In this document: one piece after another, positions 12,219-22,612 of the stretch
Position numbering within the stretch: the first letter of the stretch is position 1
How the letters are laid out: every line of letters begins with the position of its first letter
Assembly (NCBI GenBank): GCA_977030845.1
Contig: OZ365118.1
Coordinates: 19,592,001 to 19,656,000 of the forward strand
DNA from: Fimbriosthenelais zetlandica
Lineage: Eukaryota
Length of the DNA: 64,000 bases
Reading direction: 5' to 3'
Program-made: the position numbers and the translations under genes
Notes under the pieces: generated by a model
What the model was told of the DNA's origin: nothing
Databases searched by the model: none
The model's input: the letters and a program-made list of their open reading frames with translations, nothing else

Positions 12219-12303
12219 GGAATCACCTGAGCGTGAGCTGCTCCTATCTGTTGCCATAGAAACAGAGGACCTGAGCAGGTCAGAGATGGACGATATTAAC
12301 AAG
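12219..12303 (+). other. Antisense exon-like segment inside the otopetrin intron
   Basis: Strong acceptor ttttgtatttctcttccacag| and donor AAG|GTAAGC on the + strand. No recognisable protein; contains an X-box. Confidence 0.4.
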
Positions 12304-12523
12304 GTAAGCGTTATATCACTATTGTTACCAAGGTAAGCGTTCTATCACTATTGTTACCAAGGTAAGCGTTCTATCACTATTGTTACTATTGTTACATCTC
12401 GCCACTTGTCTGTCACTATTGTCACCAGACTATTGTTACATCGTGCCACCTTTTGCTCGCTATAATGCTCACATCTAAAGCTGTTTATGTTACTATGGTG
12501 ACCCGTTATGTTACCATGGTGAC
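12250..12523. promoter_or_regulatory. Intronic RFX X-box cluster
   Basis: GTTGCCATAGAAAC (12250-12263), GTTACTATGGTGAC (12489-12502) and GTTACCATGGTGAC (12510-12523; these last two form a 21-bp tandem repeat). Confidence 0.6.
12301..12385 (+). repeat. 29-bp tandem repeat x3 carrying AAG|GTAAGC
   Basis: aaggtaagcgtt(a/c)tatcactattgttacc units, followed by degenerate ctattgttac copies to about 12440. Confidence 0.9.
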
Positions 12524-14318
12524 CCGTTATGAGACGCTCACAATGAGCTGCTCCTGACCTGCTCATACGTCACTCTGTGATACATACAGAGGGGAACAGT
12601 AGTGAAGAATAGACCAGAGATAAAAGGACTGGGATCAATAGAAATATGCTGTCGGTGGTCCTACATGATGGGGCAGTATGAAAGATGGTAGATTATACCA
12701 CAGTTTGTATACACCATATTATAACACTATATAATACATGCTCAATACCATCAAAGACAAGCCATTCTACCTCCAACATCCATGGGGTAACCTTTATAGA
12801 ATGCCTTTCATTTCTCTGCAATTTGCTTTACCAAAACTGAGCAATTTAGTCTTCTTAACAAGGTATCTTGTTGCTTCTTGAAATGCATAACGAAATTCAC
12901 AATAATCATGATGCTCTATCAGAGCCACTGCTATAGACTTAGCGTAGATTCAGTTTCAAAGGCTTAGCTAGTATCTAATATCACTGAACATTCACATACA
13001 TTCGGCTGTCGAGACAAGCTAAACAACATATTTTCAGTAGCGTTTCATGTCTTAATGATCATATATACTGTAGACAAGCATGCTAATTAACCATGCAAAC
13101 ATCACACAGAGCTAGAGATCTCCAACGTACTTGTCGCTGCGGGCAAAAATATAATGACAGAAGAGTCTCACATACAGAGCTATGTCTTCACATTATAGCT
13201 AATATCCAATTAACTTTCCTTTACAGTTCTCAGTATTACAAGTTACTACTATTATAATTGAAACATACGTGATGAGACTTCTACTGTGTAGGATATTAAC
13301 ACTACACTATGAACGTTCTGTATTTAGCACAACATCCAAATGTTCGAAAGTGACATTTATTTCCTTAACGATCAAAATTGAAATAGTGTTCTGGCTGTTT
13401 TACATTTGTTAGCGGGATAAATTTTTAGCTGAGGCAACCGGATTAAACCTGATAAATTAAATCAGGATATTTTAAAGATATTTTAGTTTGTTTGATGGTA
13501 CTTTAGTCCACCCCGCTTCCAGGTTAGGTTTGATGAGGTAAATTACATTAGTTCCTCCAACTTAATGTTTCAAACGATGAGCCGAGATGAGTCAAAGTGA
13601 GAAAAAATGGTTTTTAATTCCAAGCAAGAAAATGAAGAAAATTGAGATTTCTTCAGGGATAGGAGGTGAGCTGGGCTGTCATGCGTGGTCGTTTATTTGG
13701 GAGTGCTTCCTCGTGATTCAATTAAACTTAATGGATTCAATGGATTGTAACAGATCATGAATTATCCTCAACCTTTGTGGGTAAGATGGAGATTGGGGGG
13801 GAAGGAGCCTTTACACTTTACAGGCCATGCTCTCCTGATGAGAGATTATATCATGTTGAAACTTAAGTTTTATTATATATAGGCTGACATTTTAGACGAG
13901 ACTTGAGACCTTTTGAGACCCAATCCCTTGGCCATACTATGGACTTACATATATAATACGTTCTGGCAGTTAAGGACAGTTTTACAAACCTCCCCCAGGT
14001 TAGGCCATGTCTGCTGCCAAGGCTTTAATCATAGTGAGATTATGAAAGATTGTTGCGCTAGTTACCATGTTGACACCTACTTAATCTCCAACTATGTCTG
14101 AGATTAATGTGATTTATGACATTAATATCTCCTCACATGTTATATAGACTCATGTCAAACTGAGGGCATCGATAGGCCGACTATTTTGCCTGGCAATTAT
14201 ATGCACTCTTTTTTGATCAATATTTCTATCTAATATTTTTGTCAATATTTCTATCAATGAATTCTCAATGCTACCTTGGTATTCAGTACCTCCCAGAGGT
14301 GTAACAAAACATTTATAT

Positions 14319-14400
14319 CTCACCTACTGTGCCATATATAACATTAAATCTCTAATTTTCACCTGCTGTGCTATATAACATTAATACCTCACCTGCTGTG
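14319..14400 (-). repeat. Degenerate 30-39-bp tandem repeat that duplicates the exon donor
   Basis: tcacct(g/a)ctgtg at about 14320, 14359 and 14389 on the + strand, each followed in the first two copies by tatataacattaa. Confidence 0.8.
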
Positions 14401-14588
14401 GTGCTGATGTTGAGCAGGTCGTCGCCGGCAGCCAGGGTGGTGAGGGCGAGCGGCTCGTCATCGTTCTTCATGTTGCGGAAGTCCTCCGCGGTCTCCATGA
14501 TAGTGGTGAGGAACCACACACAGATGTTACTGGCCACGATGTGGGTGAGGCCAAAACGCACAAACGCCTTGTGCTTGTTGATCGTGAT
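14393..14588 (-). CDS. Otop: Otopetrin exon (TM5 and extracellular loop: FVRFGLTHIVASNICVWF)
   Basis: Matches the family FGLMH-x-x-ATN-x-CVW motif. Acceptor tgtttttctcacag| (phase 0), donor GCA G|GTGAGG (phase 1). Confidence 0.97.
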
Positions 14589-15703
14589 CTGTGAGAAAAA
14601 CAGGTGACATTTTATAATGAATACTTCAATTAATATCATGACAATGTCATTTTATTTCATAATGAGTACTTCAATTCTGAGGAAGGCTAACGTCAGAAAG
14701 CTTCATTGGACATAGGTAGCTCTGATGAAACTTCATCATGAGATTTCTTACTAAACATATATAGATTCACCCACAATATAATGTCCAGACTACTTGGAAC
14801 ATCTGGTTGACATCTGGTAAGGTACTTTAAGAAGAGATTATGGAATCTGCTGTTCACATCCCCTACACAGATGTACATCACTGAGTCCCCCCACCCCCAG
14901 GTCCCACACCCATCATGGCCTATAGACCCATATAGATGATGATAGTAAAGATGAGACCTGTAGACCACCAGATGGTGCTACACGTGTCTGCTACATCTCA
15001 TATAGACCTGGTATTATATATATACCTGATGAAGCTACATCAGACCTGGCCTCATGAAATAGACAGTACCCCCACCCACCCCCACCCCCACCACCCACCA
15101 CTCCGGTGACATATGTCTCCTCTCATTTCCCTCAGTAAACCGTTCCTCCTGCTCGCTCCCATTAAATGTTGCCCGGCTCTGGGAACATGACCATACCTCG
15201 TCCTCTTCTGTCTGCATTTTTCCTGGGGATTAATTGGTCCTGATTGCTAATAAAGATTGTCGCTGTTTGTCTGGACAAATACACACCCACTAATTGCCAA
15301 TAATAACTCCCAAAAACTCCCAATACAGAACCAAACTCTCTCACAAATACACTAAAAGTCATTAGCCGACTACTTTACCTCTCAGTACTGTGTGCTATTG
15401 TATCAACTTTCATTCATTGAAATAACTAATCTTTTAAAAGTTCCCATTGTCCATTCCATATAGTTTTTAACATCGTAATTTGTGATGTCGTAGCCCAACA
15501 GAATGTTGTACGTAAAGCAAAAAAAAAGAGTTTCTTTATTCGTGATATAATTCTGTACACTGCCGGGCTATGAAAGTTTTGATCACTAATGATCTGTAAG
15601 GCCCTCTTAATTCAGTCTAGAACAGGGGGTGGGGCCATGATGGGTTATGATGGTTATGGCCCGCCTTAGTTCAGCCATGTCTTATATTGTACATGGTCCT
15701 TAC

Positions 15704-15864
15704 CTTATGGCTCTTGAAGAGGAAGTAGGTCTGGAAGAAGCAGAAGAGCAGGTGCATGACAGCCACCACGATGCTGATGGGGCCAAAGCAGTCGAGAGAC
15801 ATGCCATTCTCAAAGACCTGGGCGATTTTGAAGCCATCATGAATCATACTCCCTGTCCCGAAGC
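15704..15864 (-). CDS. Otop: Otopetrin exon (TM3-TM4: GFGTGSMIHDG...FFQTYFLFKSHK)
   Basis: Family FG-x-GSM and FQ-x-YF-x-F motifs. Acceptor tgttttcttccag| (phase 1), donor AAG|GTAAGG (phase 0). Confidence 0.97.
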
Positions 15865-15989
15865 CTGGAAGAAAACACAAATGTCACCTCCATCATATAT
15901 TGTCAGAAAGATGTTAGCTGAAGTGAGAGGCATTCATAGCGCTGTGAATAGGGCAGATAGGAATATAACATTAGACAAGATAATATATC

Positions 15990-16063
15990 CCTCAAGCTAT
16001 ACAGCCTCAAGCTATACAGCCTCAAGCTATACAGCCTCAAGCTATAGAGCCTGAAGCCATCAG
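15990..16063 (+). repeat. 15-bp minisatellite (cctcaagctatacag) x4-5
   Basis: Direct reading: three exact copies, then degenerate ones. Confidence 0.95.
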
Positions 16064-19000
16064 GCTGGGCGGTGTTTGCCTGGTACATTCTATAATAAAG
16101 TATGAATGGGAGGGAGGAGACAGGTCCATTGCTGACTCTGCTATTTATAAGACCATAATCTCAGGTCTCCAAACACAGTAAGATAAGGCTGATACCAGCT
16201 TCCTCCAGCCTCCTCCATGGTGGACGATCAATAGTATAGAACAGATGGGTCCTGCCAAGCCGGCCAGCAATGGCCAGTACTTAAATGGAATCCAATCCAG
16301 CCACTCTTTAACTCAGAGCACTGACGCCAAACTAAAAGACATTACTCTCACGATACCTGGCTCTGCCGAGCAGAAAACTCCCCCAGTAAATCAAGAGATG
16401 GGGCAGATGTATGGAGGGTTCATTTTACTGTCAGTGTGTATGTTGGACGGCCTAGCATATCTCATCATTCTGCTGGACAAGATGAAATCTCTCCACCTTT
16501 CCTGAATTAATCGGACATATTAACTCCCCTCCTCCAAGTTTTTACATTGTGTTTCCAGATATAACATATTTTTTCCACCAGAAAAACAGATTGCCTTACT
16601 ATCTGACTGTCTGCCCCTGTAACCTAGCCATTCTATCCGCCCCAATATACACCAGTGTGCAGGGTTTAGTATTTTAATGTGTGCGTCCTCCTGTAAGGTA
16701 ATCGCTATACTTGATTCACTGAGGTTGTCTTACTCAGTAGGATTTTTACACCCGGCCATGGTACAGAGAAAATCTTTTCGCTTAAAAAGCCTGGTTCAAT
16801 ATGGTGGAGTGTGACAGGAACACAAATGGCATCTTTACTGTGCTGGCTTTATCCATCAAGTGAACCAACCCTCCACTATTTTCACAGCCCATCTCTAGTG
16901 CTAGTATTTTTGCCACTCCAGCATTTTACATTTCACCAAGTACCTTAAACATTAAAGCAACTTGGATATGAAGCTATAAGAGCATAAGCCAGATGGACTG
17001 AGCTCCCGCGAGGCACATTATAACTAAGTAGAGGCAGGATTTCCCCCGGAAAATGTCCTTACTACAAAGAATAAGCAGCATCAATGTATATTTGACGTCC
17101 ATACAATATTACATTAGCTCTGTGTCCCTGCAATGATCTTCATCTTTCATCTCGGAGATATCTGATTTAAAGTTAGATCTTAAGCCAAGGTTATCATGGA
17201 AAGAGCCTCCATCCATTCTCAGAACCTCTGTCCCTACACCCAGAACTGACAGGCAGGCATATTGCCATCGGTGCCGTGTCTTAAAATGGAAATACTCTAT
17301 CGTTTTTAATCTTTAGTGGAATTGATATTCCTGGTGCCTGAGGCATGGCCATGGAGTCTGTATGTGATCTATGGTAGGCCTGGTAGGAGCAGGGTAAAGT
17401 AAGCTTCTATTATAATTGATGGATCAGGAGTGTAATCTAATGCTTCCACTTGGATGCCACTCAGTCTCCTATACTTCATCCTGAGACAAGTCAATGTACT
17501 TATTTTACTGCTGCAGTTACTTCTCTTCTATTCATGCATTGCAGTGATAACCCAAGGCACTCAAAGTTTGTGAGGACCAAGAGACAGAAGCGCTGCTTGA
17601 AAAGCTATTGTTCAAATGCCAACTTTATAGTGGAAGAGATTTTTATCTGATCTACATCCATGTTCACTGTACTTAAGTTGTGCTTTTCTTCCATCTCTAA
17701 ATCGTTGCCGCCTGTTTAAAAATTGGAATACAAATTCTCTGAATGTCATTTTACATCCAGCATTCCCTCCCCACTATGAGCCTTCCTCCTATAAGTTGAT
17801 ATAAGCTGGGAGCATCCGGGAGCACCTCATATTAGCTCTAGCCAATCTAAGTCCTTGACGACTAATATCTTTTTCTCAGTGACGGTCAGAATGAGGTTAG
17901 ACCAGATCAATGGTTGTCTAAGACCGTCAAGGCTACACACCACGAATCACTTCTTACACCCTCCATCTCTCATTACCTATTCCCACTCAAACTTGCTTTG
18001 AAAACTTTGCTTTTCTGTTTGATCAATAATTCAGTGCCTCTGGAGCATTCACCTGTTGGTGATTTAATGTCGGCAAAAAGGTTAGAAGAAGCCTCATCCA
18101 GGGCTGAGCTTCTGTAGGCTCCATCCCAGGCCTCTACATTGATTTGCTTCATTGTGAAGGAAGCATTTGCCATGTTTTTACAGTAGAGATTTCTTACTAG
18201 TACTGACCCTATAGTTGATGTATAATATAACCGGAGAGTGCTCTCACCAGTGTCAACTATTGTTATGACAAAACTTATTGTAACTGAAGGTCTCTAGTTT
18301 ATTATCATCTACAGGATATTAATGTGGAAGGAGTGAAAGTAACGATACAAGGCTTTCATAAGGAACTGGACCTCGGTGAATGAAACACATAAAGGATATA
18401 TATCAATCAGTATATATATATCCACGAGCTATGTACTGTAGTAGTTGAGGTTTTATGAAGGCTGATTTTGAGGTGAGCCAATATACAGGTAGAACTCTGT
18501 CTGATGGTAAAATGAACAGCTCACACATGCATAATTAAAGCCGGACCCAGCTGGATGTATTGAGAAGTAAAGCAGGGCTGGCTGCAGACTATTATTCTTC
18601 ATTTTCCTTCACATATACTTGGCTGCAGGTCACTAGATTCTGACATTTATACCTCGCCAAATCTCGGTGCCAACGAGGTAAAACGTGAAGCCACGAGATG
18701 TCTTATGTAACTGCCAGGGGTGGGAAAAAGGGAAGTATTTTTCAATACAATGCCATGCCAATGGTGAAGTTTGTTTGAAGGAATTTGGCAGAGCTCCCAG
18801 ACAAATCTAGCTTTAGTGGTGTTCACCGCACCTTGCTTCACTTGATTACCTCGTTTTGTTTGGAGCTGTAGATAGGAATGAGAGAATCTGACAAGGGATG
18901 AGAAACGCTGTAAGACCACAGTCCCCCACTTTCCCACGATAGAAGCCTTAACATTTCTTTCAATCATTTCAAAATTAAAAAGATTTTGGCTTAAATTCCA

Positions 19001-20296
19001 TCCCAAGTCACATGATGTGAAGGGCATTTTAGGAAATGACAACTCATGATAGGTTCTCTCGATTTTCAATTATTTTTTCATTTTCAATTACTAAAAGTGA
19101 GAGGATCTCCGCGCTGTATTCAGTGACATGATTATTTAATGCGTCACATGGAAGCTAGCTTCCTCAATGGGCCTATTCCAATATCAAACTTGATAGCAAC
19201 TCCGAATTAAATAGCAAATATTCCCACTATCTTCTGATCATGAAAAAATTGATGGCCATGGTTCATAGATATCCATTTAATTTATTGGTCCATCGCCTGG
19301 CTATTGTCCAAGGCCTATAGATGTGACTATCATTTGTCATATGTGAGAGGATATTTGGATTGCCATTGAGTTGCCAGATTAAACCTAAATATCCTGACTC
19401 AGCATGTTTGTGCCAGTAGCACCATAGCTATAGCCAGCCTGCTGCTTCCCCGGAGTAAAGCCCTGAGATAGGCATCACTTTACTCGCCATCTAGGATGAG
19501 GATGGCCTTTAGCCTGACAGTGGGGCTTCACGTGTAGGGACAGTAGCAGGGATGAGGGGCTGGCCTGACGTGGGTCTATAGTAGGTGGCCAGCACGGGAT
19601 CCAGGCATTAAGTAGGCTAACCCTCCCATGAGACATGATCTAAGACACAAGGCCATATGTGACCACCTCCAAACAATGCCCACTCTATAAATAAACCCCC
19701 TCATGTCATCTTAAAACCTCCTTCCTTCTATTCTCATTTCAACATTTGTTATTAATGAAAGCAGTGAATTCTGCCGTGAATTGCCAAAAGCAAAAGTAGC
19801 TTTTCCTTCCTTCAGGAAGTATTTGGTTGCCGCTCGGCTGCTTGCAGGAGCTCTGGTTGTCAGCTGCTATTAATTTAGTAAATCCTTCTGGAAGGATTAA
19901 CATGGCTGATCCGTGAGTTAACTTCAGCTGCTAATCTGAGGATTATCTCTACTTGTGGATCTCATTATCAGGAAATCTTCACAGAGATGGCATTAATTAC
20001 AGCTTAGGCAATATGGTGCTGCCTTCAATAATATATTCAGTTTAAATGTATTCAGAATAAGTTCTCTACAATGAATGCAATGTTATGTTAAGCTTGTATA
20101 AATGGGTCTCAAAATCACCCAAAATGACCTTGAAAATAGCTGAGAATGAGAAGTCAAAGTCAGGTCCTTCTAAGGTCCCATTAAGCCCTCGTGTGCTGCC
20201 TCATCCCTGCTGTCTTGTACCAGTAAATGAGACCTTCATTCTACCATACCCCCCTGAGACAAGCCTGACCAGCTCGTCTTGTATAAATCTACATAC

Positions 20297-20606
20297 CGAT
20301 GGCTCCAAGGCGCAAGTAGAAGTTGACCCCTTCGGAATCATGTGTCACTGCGCGCGTGGGCTGGTAGGGTTCCAGGTCCACGTCGCTGGGGGTACGGGAC
20401 CGGGACCTGTTCTCCTTGGAGTGTGAGCTGGAGATCTCACTGCTCTCCTGGACAGCGAAGGCGGACTTGTCCGGGCTGTCCAGCTGGTTGTTGGACACGA
20501 GCCGGATGTTACGGACCACCTTCTGGTCATCTCGATACCTCAGCAGGAAGGCGTGAAGGTAAATGAGGAAGAGCAGAGACACCAGGTAGATGTAGAGGTG
20601 GAATAC
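20297..20606 (-). CDS. Otop: Otopetrin exon (TM2, long cytosolic loop, start of TM3: NFYLRLGAIG)
   Basis: Family FYLRLGA motif. Acceptor tgttttatcaccag| (phase 0), donor ATC G|GTATGT (phase 1). Confidence 0.97.
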
Positions 20607-21230
20607 CTGGTGATAAAACAGGAGATGTGAGGGGTGGAGGTGGGCAGGGGTAGTAGTATAGACATGGGTCATTGATGCAGGCAACATTCTTATTGACAAT
20701 ATATTACTTACATTCATAATATCATCAAGTAGTAGAGAAATGGTTCATTGGTGCAGGCAATATTGTCTTATTGACATATCAACATAGAAAGTAACTATTC
20801 TTTACTTTTAATCAGTGAAGCATTTGTTTATAATATCAAATAATTGATTGATATTTTCTAGATATGATATCTATTGAACATTGCAAATATTGATATAAAT
20901 TGATTGGTTATGAGCAATGGGCAATAACAATTGGGCTGAGCACCCACTAGATCCTTATTATGGAGCAAAGTGGGAACATGAAGTGAATGAAGGGGTTTTT
21001 GTATGTGAACCATGAGGACCTGAGGCAGTGATATGAAGGGGAGGTAGAGCTATTAGACGGCCACATGATGGATGGAGATGTGAGGAGGGGAGGCTAAGTG
21101 TTACTAGTTAAGTGCAGGATCTATTTCTGGAGACGGGGGAATGTGTCTCCTGAATGAAAATGAGATGGAAATGTGGAGGTCGGGTGTACTAGACTATACA
21201 TCAATGGTACGAGTCGCCGCGAGGCGGGTC

Positions 21231-21247
21231 GGGGGGGGGGGGGGGGG
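21231..21247 (+). repeat. G17 homopolymer
   Basis: Direct reading. Similar G/C runs at about 33354, 34034, 47422, 51267 and 60655. Confidence 0.95.
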
Positions 21248-22020
21248 TACTATACAATATTCACATGGTATACGTGGAAATGTGAGCACACAATACAACA
21301 CTCCTGCTGGGTAAAGTAGTTATTAAACATATATAAATGACAACATATGTATATAAAGATACAACACAATAAAGGGAAAATTGAGTCAGTGAGAGACGGA
21401 TAGAAAGATAGATGGAGAAAGAAAACAAAATAATAATCAGGATTTTGAACACCAATCTTAATCATTGAAATGAATATTTGTAATAAATATAAAACATGTA
21501 GTGAAATGATGAGAGAGATTAGAGAGAGAAGAGAAGAGAGCAGTAGACATCATGCAGTGAGGGAACATTGAGGGATTATAAGGAAAATGCCGGTTATTTA
21601 CCTCCCAGATGGTGATTGTGAGGGACTAGATAATTGAGAGTAACCATTATCAACTACTCCTAAATCTCTTAAAATTACATCCAATTAAAATACAAATATT
21701 TGAAATAAATCTTTTAAATAATTGATCTTATTAATTCAAATTAAGCAGATACTATTCAATATGACTATTCAAAGTATTGACTTGCTAAATTTTGTTTTAA
21801 TCATTATCAATCCTTCACATGAAATTAATCTACCAGAGATTTAATTTTTATAATATTTTGATTGGAGTTTGGTATATTTTCTAACATCTACTCCAAATAA
21901 AGCGCAGTTTATGACTGGCTCGGTGTAAAGCTTTAAGTCTATGAGAGAGTGGAGGTATAGAGGGTCTATAGAGGGTTAGTAAGGAGGACTTACATGGGCT
22001 GTGTCATGCTGTAGTCTTAC

Positions 22021-22144
22021 CTCCACGTAGAACGTGGGTCTACGTGCCATGTCATGAGTGAGAGCATCACTCATGGGTAGAACCAGACCCAGCACGATGA
22101 GCACCAAGGCGTAGATCCCACACAGTAGGTGTGTGATGGCCGAC
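22021..22144 (-). CDS. Otop: Otopetrin first common exon (TM1: SAITHLLCGIYALVLIVLGLVLPM...FYVE)
   Basis: Acceptor ctctcttatcttgtccag|G (phase 2), donor GAG|GTAAGA (phase 0). The hydrophobic helix joins in frame to the TM2 exon. Too short for the ORF track. Confidence 0.95.
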
Positions 22145-22519
22145 CTGGACAAGATAAGAGAGAGAAATATAAGATATTGAACAGAACTAAACTGATAACG
22201 GAAATAAATGTGAATTTAATAATGCATTTATTTCTTTAAAACCTATTCATGTCGGAAGCTTCAGTGGCATAACCAGAAGTATATGGATCAAAATTATCGG
22301 CATACTGTAGACCTCATGTATGCCTGCTGTGTATAATCCATGCTAATCCATCACCTATATTGAGATAATGATAAACCTAGCCCTCTTATAACACCCAATC
22401 TGTGACAGTTGTAGAGATGTAGCACCTACAGAGATAGCTGAGGACGCTAGATGTGGTATCCAATTATAGCCCCCTCCCACAGTAATAACATTCACTCTGA
22501 TGTACCACCAGCCAGCCTG

Positions 22520-22612
22520 GATATTACAGGCTATACTTCCTGATATTACAGGCTATACTTCATCCTATAACAGGCCATACTTCCTGATATTATAGGCTAT
22601 ACTTCCTGCTAT
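22520..22612 (+). repeat. 22-bp minisatellite (gatattacaggctatacttcct) about x4
   Basis: Direct reading; one copy is degenerate. Confidence 0.9.

Noticed and set aside
12079-12336. Peptide ...LLSVAIETEDLSR... as a real protein
   Set aside because: VAIET is simply the X-box translated, as are AVTMAT at 47981-48208 and SVTIAT at 57731-57925. No domain recognised; kept only as an exon-like antisense segment.
17450-19069. Intronic ORFs up to 140 aa as transposon or nested-gene remnants
   Set aside because: No RT, DDE or other recognisable motif, and no terminal repeats seen. A BLASTX/Dfam search would be needed.
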